Source: Macrostomum hystrix
Taxonomy: Eukaryota > Animalia > Platyhelminthes
Reading direction: 5' to 3'
Assembly: GCA_950097015.1 (NCBI GenBank)
Contig: CATNEN010000029.1
Span: 6,572,001 to 6,636,000 of the forward strand
Length of the DNA: 64,000 bases
A model generated the notes under the pieces. The model saw only the letters and a program-made list of their open reading frames with translations. It searched no databases and had not been told where the DNA came from. Positions 14,601 to 27,900 of this stretch are shown here, piece by piece; within the stretch, counting starts at the first letter, position 1; each line of letters starts with the position of its first letter. The position numbers were made by a program, and so were the translations under genes.

Positions 14601-17600
14601 CACAAGAGGGGATTATAACAGTGGCGGTCTTCGTGGTGACTTCCCCCCCCCCACCCTGAAGCAGACCTTCCAGACAATTTTGACCTACGCCAAGGGAAAA
14701 TAAGCAGTAGGGAAGAGAGGATGACAGCGGGTGAAAGAGGAAGTGGGGAAGAACAGTGGGCCGGACGCCGAAGGAAGCCGGGGCTAATCTGGAAGGCAAA
14801 ATAGGCCTTTGAAAACTCCCGCCTTCTTCTGGCTTTGGCTCTATGGGGAAGGCCGAGTCAATCGATTTGCGTTGAATCGCAATTTTGACTTCCAACCCAA
14901 CCTCCGCCTCAAACAGAGCTCACATCCTCATACCCCGTTCCATTCCGCGCCCAAGACTTTATTGAAGGCGTGATATTGATTTTCACTCGAGTTACCTTAT
15001 CCCTCAGACTAGACATGCGTCTGGGACGTATTATTTTCTCGACACAAAACGAAACCAGATACTGTAGCTCAGCTGTCGTTTTGTAATTGCTATCGATAGA
15101 TTGAAGAATATTGAGCTACTGTTCTCTGAAATGAGTCGTTTTATATTCCTTGTTCAGGACTGATTTGATTTGATTGTCAGGAGTTTTGTCAGAAGGAGTT
15201 TTGTCAGGAGGAGTTTTGTCAGGAGGAGTTTTGTCAGGAGGAGTTTTGTCAGGAGGAGTTTTGTCAGGAGGATTTTTGTCAGGAGGAGTTTTGTCAGGAG
15301 TTTTGTCAGGGGAGTTTTGTCAGGAGGAGTTTTGTCAGGAGGAGTTTTGTCAGGAGGTGCCTTGTCAGGAGTTTTGTCAGGAGGAGTTTTGTCAGGAGGA
15401 GTTTTGTCAGGAGGAGTTTTGTCAGGAGGAGTTTTGTCAGGAGGAGTTTTGTCAGGAGGAGTTTTGTCAGGAGGAGTTTTGTCAGGAGGAGTTTTGTCAG
15501 GAGGAGTTTTGTCAGGAGGAGTTTTGTCAGGAGTTTTGTCAGGAGGAGTTTTGTCAGGAGGAGTTTTGTCAGGAGGATTTTTGTCAGGAGGAGTTTTGTC
15601 AGGAGTTTTGTCAGGGGAGTTTTGTCAGGAGGAGTTTTGTCAGGAGGAGTTTTGTCAGGAGGTGCCTTGTCAGGAGTTTTGTCAGGAGGAGTTTTGTCAG
15701 GAGGAGTTTTGTCAGGAGGAGTTTTGTCAGGAGGAGTTTTGTCAGGAGGAGTTTTGTCAGGAGGAGTTTTGTCAGGAGGAGTTTTGTCAGGAGGAGTTTT
15801 GTCAGGAGGAGTTTTGTCAGGAGGAGTTTTGTCAGGAGTTTTGTCAGGAGGAGTTTTGTCAGGAGGAGTTTTGTCAGGAGGAGTTTTGTCAGGAGGAGTT
15901 TTGTCAGGAGGAGTTTTGTCAGGAGGAGTTTTGTCAGGAGGAGTTTTGTCAGGAGTTTTGTCAGGAGGAGTTTTGTCAGGAGGTGCCTTGTCAGGAGTTT
16001 TGTCAGGAGGTGCCTTGTCAGGAGTTTTGTCAACTGTATAAAATTTTAAAACAACTGCAAACAAAGTTGAGGTAATGAAAATTCAGTTGAATCTTTAATT
16101 TCTAATGCAGCTTAATAAAACATACAGAATGACTAAAAATTGCGCAAACGCAGCTGTTGCCAATAAGCAGAATTCACAACTCGGCTTACAAAACAATTTG
16201 ATCTTTGAGAATTTCATGAGAACTCATCAATCACATTGCAGCACAACGGTTTAGCTAGGATGACGTCACTGCTGAACTACCGGGAGAGCTCCGAGGCAGT
16301 GCGAGCCGAGGCCGCAGGTGTGATAGCCCAGGTGAGCGAGCCTGGTCTGCCGGCCCGCTGCCAGGACCTCCTGCTGTGCGCTCTTGGGCCGCACACCGAC
16401 CGGCTGATCCGGGCACTCACCAGTGAGTACACTTTTGAGAATGCTTTGACAATGCGAGTTTTGTACACACAAATAGAAGCTTATAATCAAACAGATATCG
16501 TAAACAGCTTTTCATCGAAATGCATGGAAATGAACCAGAATAAGATTATTAGCCCGATATGTAATGAAAAACTTATCTTTGTTTTTTAAATTGGTCGTGA
16601 AGTACACAGATTTTTATTAATCAGATCGATATTTCAAAGATAATGCTATAGTTTATAATAGTAAATTCATGTGAAAGACTGAGAAACCATTTGTTACTAC
16701 GATATGTATCGAAAAAATAATAAGTTTAAATCTAAATCGACATGCATATGTAAAAAGTAAAGAAAAACTCGATGATCCCATTATGTATCGATGGTGTATG
16801 AGTTTTCCCAATCCATATCGCTTTGCTACACACGATATGTGCAGAAAAAGTCATTTGCTAGTCTAAGACTAAATAATTTTTTGAAAATAAAATCGTGTGA
16901 CTTTGCATTGAAAATTGGTATGTAACGATTCAGCCTGCTTGGGTAACGAAAAATGGCTTTAGTTCAGATATATAAATCTATACAAGCTACAAACTGCCCA
17001 ATTATCTGATGCCAGGCTGCAGTGTTGTCCCATATCTAGCTCATCCACAGATTCTTGACCCAGTAAAATGCTGCCATTCCCTTTGGTTAGTTTTTCTTAG
17101 CTACTTTGATCATTAACGATGCAGTAGCGGAATCCCTAGCTAAAACGCCAAGCAGTGCCACTATGATAATAACATTAAACAAAGGGGGCGATGCCATTCA
17201 CATCAAAGACCCTGTGCTCAATGCTATCCTTATATAGTATAAGAATGGAATCAATCCATTATGCAGCGGGTCCGTTAAGGCAAAGTCAATGCGAAGATTA
17301 ACTGCTCAATTATTGATGAGGGGCCGTGAAATTTTGGGCATCTGTTGGCTATTGTTAATTTCTCTATAAATTCTGGAGTGTATCATTTTGGCCACAATAA
17401 AATTCGACTTCTTCAATCTACGGCTTTTCACGTGCTCGATTGGCTGACTGTTTCTATTTTTAGAAAAGCCTTGAGAAAACCCTCTTATTAACCCCAATCC
17501 AGGCGCGTAGCCTTAACCCAGCCAATCAGATTGCAGTGTAACTAATAGTCTTTCTCCTTTTGATCGCAGGACTCTGCCAGCAGACCTCCAGTACGGACAT

Positions 17601-18165
17601 CTTCTTGCTAGCCACCACCGCCCTGTCCAACATTAGCCTTGCCAGTCCAGCTAGTCACGAATATTTGAACCGGCACGCCACAGTCCGGGTGCTGGTGTCC
17701 GCCTGCCAGCAGGGCAAAGCTGCCAGCCCGCAGGCTCGCGATCAAGTGGCCGCCGTGCTGGCAAACGCTGCCACCAGCAGCGGCCAAGCGGGCGCTCTGA
17801 CTAGAGCCAACGCTGCCGAACTATTGCTAGAATTCCTCAGCGAGCCGTCTGTCTCGCCAGCCGGAGAACGGCTTCAGCAGAGCGCCGTCACAGCTGTCGG
17901 CCGGCTAGCGAAAGATCCGAGCAGCGCTCGGGTACTGATGGAGTTGGGCGCGCATCGGCGCCTGGTGCAGCTCTGCCGACAGCCGGAGGAGCGCCGCTGC
18001 TCCGATTCGGTGCTGCTGGCGTCGCTGGCTGCCCTGCGGCTGCTCCATGACGCCTGTGGACCGGCGGCCTTCCGACGCTGCGATCTCGCCGAGCTGGTGC
18101 GGCCGCGACTGCTCGGCGCGCTGGCGTCCTGCTCGCGACTGCAGGAGTCGCAGTGCCGATCCTAG
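5622..18165 (+). CDS. INSC: Protein inscuteable homolog (spindle orientation adaptor, ARM repeats), 8 exons, 531 aa
   Basis: Phase-consistent GT-AG exons: 5622-5829, 6728-6791, 7584-7710, 10658-10716, 12263-12497, 12738-12863, 16242-16422, 17570-18165 (1596 nt). N-terminal VGRWLAELRWYAESDCSNVLHGK resembles the LGN/Pins-binding peptide (human VQRWMEDLKLMTECECMCVLQAK, from memory). Downstream matches: ALRTISIVCC, RAEAAGVIAQVSEP, DIFLLATTALSNI, RDQVAAVLAN, RLQQSAVTAVGRL, LVQLCRQPEERRCSDSVLLASLAALR. Confidence 0.92.
5890..6660. repeat. 16-17-bp minisatellite (TTTTAGAAGTGACCCC[N])n, INSC intron 1
   Basis: Tandem periodicity. Confidence 0.97.
7125..7520. repeat. 18-bp minisatellite (GATTGGGATCAGGATAAA)n, INSC intron 2
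   Basis: Tandem periodicity with a degenerate 5' flank from about 6870. Confidence 0.95.
7840..7975 (-). mobile_element. SINE family 1 fragment in INSC intron 3
   Basis: ATCGTCAGGCAGTGTACACTCACTGTGCGCCTTGGAGGTTGGC...GACAAGCC...GAATGTGGCCTC is the reverse complement of the family body. Confidence 0.65.
7980..8165. repeat. CT-rich low-complexity tract
   Basis: Polypyrimidine CTCTC/CCTCT units. Confidence 0.9.
9010..9700. repeat. 20-bp minisatellite (AAACCCTTCATCCGCCCCTC)n, INSC intron 3
   Basis: Tandem periodicity. Confidence 0.95.
11530..12240. repeat. 31-bp minisatellite (GTATAGATAAGGCTGACCAATCWYACTAGAG)n, INSC intron 4
   Basis: Units start at 11530, 11561, and so on. Confidence 0.97.
12510..12665. 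repeat. 12/23-bp minisatellite (AGCCAGTTCCTT)n, INSC intron 5
   Basis: Tandem periodicity. Confidence 0.93.
13245..14045. repeat. G-rich 28/29-bp then 40-bp minisatellite (AGACAGATGGGAGATTAGGGTGGG[C]AATC)n, INSC intron 6
   Basis: Tandem periodicity; unit lengthens by insertion of AAGCCAGAGGG. Confidence 0.95.
15170..16030. repeat. 15-bp minisatellite (GGAGTTTTGTCAGGA)n, INSC intron 6
   Basis: Tandem periodicity. Confidence 0.97.
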
Positions 18166-20189
18166 AAGCGTCTTTCTTTGAAAGTTTATTTAGATTCAAT
18201 TCATTTGAGTTTATACAAGTACTTCATGTTTAACTGCCATGAAATAGACCTTGTGTAAATGTTGCAGATTTTATCGCTATATACTGGACTCTGCCTTATA
18301 TCTCATCAGTGACTGTGACTTTGAGCAAATCGATTAAATGTTCATATATGTATGCAAATGCATAAATACACAAGCAAACGATCCTCACCGCATATATTTT
18401 CAAAGAGCACTGCGATACTACTGACATTGTTCGCGCTAATTTGCGCACTTCCGGTATAGTAAGATTGATTGTACCAGGCAACATGCAGCTTGATTTGTCC
18501 TAACAGCCGTCTCAATACTTCTGAAAACGATAGCAGATATACTATGCGAGGTTTTGGGAATATTGTGAGGCATCTGTATACACTTCGGCTTAGTTCTGCG
18601 CCGCTTTACCATGAGAGCGTCGGGAAACTCTGTCCACGTTCAGAATCTTGTCTGTGGCTTTAACTGATCCGGACCGCGATCGGTACTGTCCGAAGCTAGA
18701 AGACGCCCAGCTACGATCACCTTTCGAGTTTTCCCTATGTTTTCCCACTGAGTCTTCACATTGGGAACTTTTCCTACATCAAGAGTTTTTTGGCAACTCG
18801 GCGGGCAAGACACGTGCGGGAAACTCTTGTCGTGGTCAAATGGAGAACTTGCATTTGGACCCGTGCATTCTAAAAGCTTTTTTAAAATGGCGCCTAAATT
18901 TAATGTACTATTGGCAGCTTCATCGTACTATATATGACACTGTGCATCACTTAGAACTAGTATAGGCATCATGCTTTACCAAAACATACATATCATTTAT
19001 TTCACCTTATTCAAACAAAAATCGCAGTATCCTATTGTTGCCACACTGGTAGTACTTTCGTACTACCGCGTGAAAAAAACTTGAACTTAGTTAAACTTGA
19101 AACTTTACTAGTTAAAACAATTTGAAATATTAAAGGGAGTATAAACGATGAAAAACGGAGCAGAAAATAGATACTACTGATAATTAATTCACAGAATAAA
19201 CCACGAGAGTTGCATTCACTAACAAGCACGTACTCACGGGTAATGTTTTTGAAATTCAGGGCGTATTTTTTGACATTTGCCGCGTGGCATTTCTTTTTGT
19301 CGTGATTGATTGTCGTGTTAGGTTGTTTACTTTCTTAGGTTGTTTATTAATTCGTTAATACGTAGTCTTAGTAAAGCTTAATTGAAAAAAAATGAAAACG
19401 ATACTTTTTTGGTAATATCGTAGCCTTTTATAAAGGTGATAATGCGAGTGTATGTGAATACTACTTTTTAGTTTTTTTTCACTAGGCCCCAATAACACTT
19501 GACTAGCTATAACTTCTTTAGTTAGTTATAGTCTATTAAAACAGCCTTTATCTAGTTAGCTAGACATCAAATACAAAGCTAACTATAAAGTTATGTATCA
19601 GCATACCTAGCCTATCGTCTAGTTACAGCATGTCTAGACCTATATTCTGAATCTGAGTATATCACTTACTTTTATCCAAGTCTAGATGACTTTGTAAAAA
19701 CCTGTCTAACCATGTCGTTTTGCCTAGATAATTTATAGCTAGCTAGTTATAAATGTTAAACTAAACGAAATAATGACATTTACATGATATTTGTGTGTAC
19801 ATATATAACTAGGCCTATGTGTATAAGATGAAATTACAATACCATAGCTTGCAGTATTTTTTTACCTACAGATCTTATTTGCTCACATGCTGAGTTAATT
19901 AGGCTCAATTTAAAGTTATTTGTTATAATTAGCTTCAAACTTTAAATTAAAAGAGAGATTTGCTACAGCAATCTAGTTATTTATATTTTAAACATATGAT
20001 AGAAAAATTATGAAAGTGGTTATGTAGCTATCATTAGAAATTATAATGTAGCTATCATTGCATAAAACCTAGCCAGATAAAAATATTCTCAATGTCTTTC
20101 GATTTGCAATAAAATTTGAAATATTGTATAGCAAGATAAATTCAATAATTACTAGAAAGCTATAGCCTATGCCTATAGGCAATAGAATA

Positions 20190-20460
20190 TCATTTGGACC
20201 ATAACCAGCAAGGAGACAATTCTGACCATTTTGCTGCCTCCTGAGCACATGCACATAGTTAATGTATGTAGGCACACAGGTGTGTACATCTGCCTTGACT
20301 TTCTCATTGTTAAGCAGCATACACTTTAATTGTTCCTTGGTTTTTGGCTCTCTAGTGTGCAAAATTGCATGACCTACCATAGGCCCTATGAGCATTTGAA
20401 AGCCTTCTCTGTGGCCGCACACCAAATGAATGTGGCCTTGACTTGGAATCAAGCTTAGGG
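20190..20460 (-). mobile_element. SINE family 1, diverged antisense copy
   Basis: Reverse complement of the body (GCACACAGGTGTGTACATCTGCC; GAATGTGGCCT). Confidence 0.6.
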
Positions 20461-21224
20461 TGCAAGAGGCAAACACGTTAGACCCACTCTGTCACTCACC
20501 CCTTTTTTATAGCTAGATATAAAAAACTGCCAGAAAAGTATAACTTGGCAGCTATTCCTATGTATTAATGAGCTACAGTTGAGGCATGGAAGAGAAAACA
20601 ATCTTACTCATCTTGTATAGTAGTAGTAGTTAGCTACTAAATACAAAGCATGTGTAGTAGTTATAAATTTTATGAAACTTTTAGCTATCACAACCATTGA
20701 TTTTTGTTTGACTGTTTATTAATTAGCTATTAATGGGCTTAGCTATCAATGCATGGCAAATACAAAGTAGATTCTAATTTTTATTCCCAAGAATAGCTAG
20801 CTATTGCCATCAGAATCGAAACTATTGATTTAAAATAAAAATCTGAAATATGTGTTTATCCATTTCTTTAGTTTATTAAATTTAAGCTACTATTATTAAT
20901 AAGTAAAGATAGAAAATGAAATTCAATAAATCAAATTGTGCCAGATGTGCAGCTATAATAGCAAGGCAAAGCCGTTTAAATCTATTTAGTCAATCGACTG
21001 AGGGGTGGCTGCCACACCCACCTGAATTACTTTTATGTATAGTACTTATAGCAACCCATTTTATCCATGCCCATTTTGAACTATTACCATAAGGAAACAC
21101 CTATAAAGTGTCTTGCTCTTTGACAATATGTTTCCATACAGCACTGACTACTGGGCTAAAACCTCTCTGGACATAAATTTCATATGACCTCCCTAAAACT
21201 GCAATCTTTATCAATCCTTTATCG

Positions 21225-21887
21225 CAGGGGTAGGCAAACTTATTTGCTGGCGGGCCAAAGAGAGAACCTAAAAGACGACAGCGGGCCGCATTGACTGTAT
21301 AAATATGAGATAGGGGAGAGATGAGACACGGGAGAGATGAGACACGGGAGAGATGAGACACGGGAGAGATTAGACACGGGAGAGATAAGACAGGGGAGAG
21401 ATAAGACACGGGAGAGATAAGACAGGGGAGAGATAAGACAGGGGAGAGATTAGATACAGGAGAGATAAGACAGGGGAGAGATTAGATACAGGAGAGATTA
21501 GACACGGGAGAGATAAGACACGGGAGAGATAAGACACGAGAGCGATGAGACACGGGAGAGATGAGACACGACAGCGATGAGACACGATAAGACACGGGAG
21601 AGATAAGACACGAGAGCGATGAGACACGAGAGCGATGAGACACGATGAGACACGGGAGAGATAAGACAGGGGAGAGATTAGACACGGGAGAGATTAGACA
21701 CGAGAGCGATGAGACACAGGAGAGATTAGACACGGGAGTGATGAGACACAGGAGAGATTAGACACGGGAGAGATTAGACACGAGAGAGATGAAACAGGAC
21801 ACTGTAGATGTCAGAAGGGGCAACGGGCCGGATTCGGGAGCTTCGAGGGCCGCATCTGGCCCGCGGGCCGGAGTTTGCCGACCCCTG
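21225..21887. mobile_element. hAT (Charlie-like) MITE with internal GA-rich satellite
   Basis: TIRs CAGGGGTAGGCAAACT ... AGTTTGCCGACCCCTG. Subterminal GGCCCGCGGGCCG. Exact 8-bp TSD CTTTATCG at 21217-21224 and 21888-21895. Interior is (GAGAGATDAGACACGG)n. Confidence 0.93.
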
Positions 21888-21971
21888 CTTTATCGGTAGA
21901 TTATGTATAGAACTACATTTTGCAGAGTGAATAGATAGCACTCGAAACTCAAACTTTGCAGGGGAATCAAA

Positions 21972-24900
21972 ATGGACAGAGAAATCAAACGAATCTCTGC
22001 AGACTCTACTCACCAGATCTGCTCTGCTCAGGTCATCACCTCCTGCGAGAGCGTCATTAAGGAGCTCATTGAAAACAGCCTCGATGCTGGAGCCACTAAC
22101 ATCGGTAAGGCACTACTGAACCCTCACAATAATTTGCCCATTTATTCTACTGATATTCACACCATACTACTCAGTCATGTAGAAGTAGCATCTTAAGTTA
22201 TTTAGAAACAAATTTTTGACAGAGGTGCGATTTCAAAACTACGGCCTTGACCTTATTGAAGTGATTGACAATGGCAGCGGCATCGCTTCAAACGACTTCG
22301 ATGGCATCAGTTGAGTAACTGGGGGCATTGCTGTTTTCAATCTGATTCTAGATATATTTGCATCATCTAGCCAGATTGTCTAACATTTGTTTGCAGCCAT
22401 GAAGCACCACACCTCCAAGCTGAGACAGTTTGACGGCCTGCTGTCCGTCAGAACGTTCGGCTTTCGCGGCGAAGCTCTGAGCTCCCTATGCGCTGTCAGG
22501 TGAGAGGCCTGCATTTGCTGCCCATGGGAGGGAAACATGTACACTTAGGGGAGGGTTGAATGCATGAAGGTCCCTGATCGTGAAGCTATAATGATGTGGG
22601 ACGCAGCTGCGAAGAGAAGACTTGGGTGCTTGTCGTGCAATTACGCAGGTGATAAGGACCGTTGGCGCGAAATATTATTATTTTTTAATAATACTTGCTG
22701 CTTTTTCATGTGTAATTTCTAAATAACCCGAATTAGTCAAATTCACATGTAATTAGTTGTATGTTCTAATTCTTTGGCCAGTGAGCTGTCGATCCACACG
22801 TACAATTTGAGCGATCCGACTGGTACTCTGCTCAGCTACAATGAATCCGGCTGCGTGGAGACCCAGCTACCCAAGCCTAGACAGGTGAGGTAGCTATTGT
22901 CTGCAGCTATGCTCTTTGAAGTATGCATCGGTTTGAAATATAGATCCTGCTTGAAAAAAAGTATTTGAATATTTTTGTATGAATTTGGCGTACTAGCCTT
23001 GCTTTCAATCCTCTAACTATAGTTCTAGATCCCCTGACTAATATTCGAAAATCCCATTATCCTAAAAATTGCATGACTATTACCCCAAAATCCCATGACT
23101 AATACTCCGAAATCCCATGACTATTTCTTCGAAATCCCATGACTATTACCCCAAAATCCCATGACTAATACTCCGAAATCCCATGACTATTGCTAAAAAA
23201 TCCCATGACTATTTCTTCGAAATCCCATGACTATTACTCCAAAATCCTATGACTATTTCTTCGAAATCCCATGACTATTGCTACAAAATCCCATGACTAT
23301 TACTCCAAAATCTCAGGACTCCTTCTTCGAAATCCCATGACTATTGCTAAAAAATCCCATGACTATTTTTTCGAAATCCCATGACTATTACTCCAAAATT
23401 CCATGACTAATTCTTCGAAATCCCATGACTATTACTCCAAAATCCTATGACTATTTCTTCGAAATCCCATGACTATTACTCCAAAATCCTATGACTAATT
23501 CTTCGAAATCCCATGACTATTACTCCAAAATCCTATGACTAATTCTTCGAAATCCCATGACTATTACTCCAAAATCCTATGACTAATTCTTCGAAATCCC
23601 ATGACTATTACTCCAAAATCCTATGACTATTTCTTCGAAATCCCATGACTATTACTCCAAAATCCCATGACTATTTCTTCGAAATCCCATGACTATTACT
23701 CCAAAATCCTATGACTAATTCTTCGAAATCCCATGACTATTACTCCAAAATCCTATGACTATTTCTTCGAAATCCCATGACTATTACTCCAAAATCCTAT
23801 GATTAATTCTTCAAAATCCCATGACTATTACTCCAAAATCCTATGACTAATTCTTCGAAATCCCATGACTATTACTCCAAAATCCTATGACTATTTCTTC
23901 GAAATCCCATGACTATTACTCCAAAATCCCATGACTATTTCTTCGAAATCCCATGACTATTACTCCAAAATCCTATGACTAATTCTTCGAAATCCCATGA
24001 CTATTACTCCAAAATCCTATGACTATTTCTTCGAAATCCCATGACTATTACTCCAAAATTCCATGACTAATTCTTCGAAATCCCATGACTATTACTCCAA
24101 AATCCTATGACTATTTCTTCGAAATCCCATGACTATTACTCCAAAATCCTATGACTAATTCTTTGAAATCCCATGACTATTACTCCAAAATCCTATGACT
24201 AATTCTTCGAAATCCCATGACTATTACTCCAAAATCCTATGACTAATTCTTCGAAATCCCATGACTATTACTCCAAAATCCTATGACTAATTCTTTGAAA
24301 TCCCATGACTATTACTCCAAAATCCTATGACTAATTCTTCGAAATCCCATGACTATTACTCCAAAATTCCATGACTAATTCTTCGAAATCCCATGACTAT
24401 TACTCCAAAATCCTATGACTATTTCTTCGAAATCCCATGACTATTACTCCAAAATCCTATGACTAATTCTTTGAAATCCCATGACTATTACTCCAAAATC
24501 CTATGACTAATTCTTCGAAATCCCATGACTATTACTCCAAAATTCCATGACTAATTCTTTGAAATCCCATGACTATTACTCCAAAATCCTATGACTATTT
24601 CTTCGAAATCCCATGACTATTACTCCAAAATCCTATGACTAATTCTTTGAAATCCCATGACTATTACTCCAAAATCCTATGACTATTTCTTCGAAATCCC
24701 ATGACTATTACTCCAAAATCCTATGACTAATTCTTTGAAATCCCATGACTATTACTCCAAAATCCTATGACTAATTCTTCGAAATCCCATGACTATTACT
24801 CCAAAATCCTATGACTAATTCTTCGAAATCCCATGACTATTACTCCAAAATCCTATGACTATTTCTTCGAAATCCCATGACTATTACTCCAAAATCCTAT

Positions 24901-27900
24901 GACTAATTCTTTGAAATCCCATGACTATTACTCCAAAATCCTATGACTAATTCTTTGAAATCCCATGACTATTACTCCAAAATCCTATGACTAATTCTTT
25001 GAAATCCCATGACTATTGCTCCAAAATCCTATGACTAATTCTTTGAAATCCCATGACTATTACTCCAAAATCCTATGACTAATTCTTCGAAATCCCATGA
25101 CTATTACTCCAAAATTCCATGACTAATTCTTCGAAATCCCATGACTATTACTCCAAAATCCTATGACTATTTCTTCGAAATCCCATGACTATTACTCCAA
25201 AATCCTATGACTAATTCTTTGAAATCCCATGACTATTACTCCAAAATCCTATGACTAATTCTTCGAAATCCCATGACTATTACTCCAAAATTCCATGACT
25301 AATTCTTCGAAATCCCATGACTATTACTCCAAAATTCCATGACTAATTCTTCGAAATCCCATGACTATTACTCCAAAATCCTATGACTATTTCTTCGAAA
25401 TCCCATGACTATTACTCCAAAATCCTATGACTATTTCTTCGAAATCCCATGACTATTACTCCAAAATCCTATGACTAATTCTTTGAAATCCCATGACTAA
25501 TACTCCAAAATCCTATGACTAATTCTTCGAAATCCCATGACTAATACTCCAAAATTCCATGACTAATTCTTCGAAATCCCATGACTATTACTCCAAAATC
25601 CTATGACTAATTCTTTGAAATCCCATGACTAATACTCCAAAATCCTATGACTAATTCTTCGAAATCCCATGACTAATACTCCAAAATTCCATGACTAATT
25701 CTTCGAAATCCCATGACTATTACTCCAAAATCCTATGACTAATTCTTTGAAATCCCATGACTAATACTCCAAAATCCTATGACTAATTCTTCGAAATCCC
25801 ATGACTAATACTCCAAAATTCCATGACTAATTCTTCGAAATCCCATGACTAATACTCCAAAATCCTATGACTAATTCTTCGAAATCCCATGACTAATACT
25901 CCAAAATTCCATGACTAATTCTTCGAAATCCCATGACTATTACTCCAAAATCCTATGACTAATTCTTCGAAATCCCATGACTATTACTCCAAAATTCCAT
26001 GACTAATTCTTCGAAATCCCATGACTATTACTCCAAAATTCCATGACTAATTCTTCGAAATCCCATGACTATTACTCCAAAATCCTATGACTATTTCTTC
26101 GAAATCCCATGACTATTACTCCAAAATCCTATGACTATTTCTTCGAAATCCCATGACTATTACTCCAAAATCCTATGACTAATTCTTTGAAATCCCATGA
26201 CTAATACTCCAAAATCCTATGACTAATTCTTCGAAATCCCATGACTAATACTCCAAATTCCCATGCAATTTTCTACTGCCCTATTACACTAGACTTGCAA
26301 CAAAATGCCATGAATATTTGTTGGACGAGGCCATATCCCCATGATCCCCTGACTGTCACATTAGGTATGTGTAGCTATGTTTGTAGCCTTTAGCCTTTAG
26401 AAATTCAGAGTGTTTTATTTAATAGGGATTTCAGATTAGATTTATTATTTCCGCAATCAGATAAATTTTCGTTTGCGTAGCTTTTCTAGACGCGACACTA
26501 GCATTGTAGCTGTGTACATCTCAATTTGGTGGATATTTTGTAGCGTCCTATTAAAATTGAAATCCAATATCGAAGCTGGCAGGAGATAACTAGATAGGAT
26601 GAAGTTCGCGTCCCGGTATAGGCCTAGCTACAATCGGAATGGTCAAGGCTCGTAGATTTTATCGTCGATAAAATTACTTTTTTTATCTATACACTATACA
26701 GAATGATTTTATAACTGTACGAATCCCAGTACGAATTCTTGAAGGCTAGTCTGTAAAGAAATGTTCTACTGATAATACTGACAATGGACAAAATTGTAGT
26801 CCAGTAATTATGGCTTTGAATTTATATTATTAGGTAATGATAACAGTAGCTATATATATGTAGCTCGTTAGTAATGGACATTGAAAATATATAGATTATT
26901 TTGCTCATAATCTATGACTAAAGAATTGAAAGGTCGGGGGTTCGAATTCCGACTCAACTGCATTAGCTGGGGTAATTGAGGGTAGATCTGGCGTCTCCCC
27001 AGTCCATTGATTCAACAGCCTTACGCAGCCTTCAAATAGCTGCGATTGTGATTTTGATAATTATGCTACGATTACTTATTTTATTTTAACAAACAATTTT
27101 TTACAAGGTTGTGCTTTATCGTGACTAAATAGGCCGATTATATCCATGTAACTTGAATAGCTAGGTTTTATGTACTATAGTGCAGTAAAGATTTCAAACA
27201 CCACATGCCTTTAAAATACTAGTCACGGGATTTCGACTTATAGTCACGGGATTTGGACTAATAGTCACAGGATTTAGACTAATAGTCACGTGATTTAGAC
27301 TAATAGTCACGGGATTTCGACTAATAGTCACGGGATTTAGACTAATAGTCACGGGATTTAGACTAATAGTCACGGAATTTAAACTAATAGTCGCAAGATT
27401 TAGACTAATAGTCACGGAATTTAAACTAATAGTCACGAGATTTAGATTACTAGTCACGGGATTTAGACTAATAGTCACGAGATTTAGACTAGTAGTCACG
27501 GGATTTAGACTAGTAGTCACAGGATTTAGACTAATAGTCACGGGATTTAGACTAATAGTCACGGGATTTAGACTAGTAGTCACGGGATTTAGACTAGTAG
27601 TCACAGGATTTAGACTAATAGTCACGGGATTTAGACTAGTAGTCACGGGATTTAGACTAATAGTCACGGGATTTAGACTAATAGTCACGGGATTTAGACT
27701 AATAGTCACAGGATTTAGACTAATAGTCACAGGATTTAGACTAGTAGTCACAGGATTTAGACTAATAGTCACGGGATTTAGACTAATAGTCACGGGATTT
27801 AGACTAATAGTCACAGGATTTAGACTAATAGTCACAGGATTTAGACTAATAGTCACGGGATTTAGACTAATAGTCACAGGATTTAGACTAATAGTCACGG

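Noticed and set aside
18540-18880. Moderately GC-rich unique stretch with a ~75-codon minus-strand frame after TTTTAG
   Set aside because: No motif or splice partner found; may be INSC 3' flank or an old repeat.
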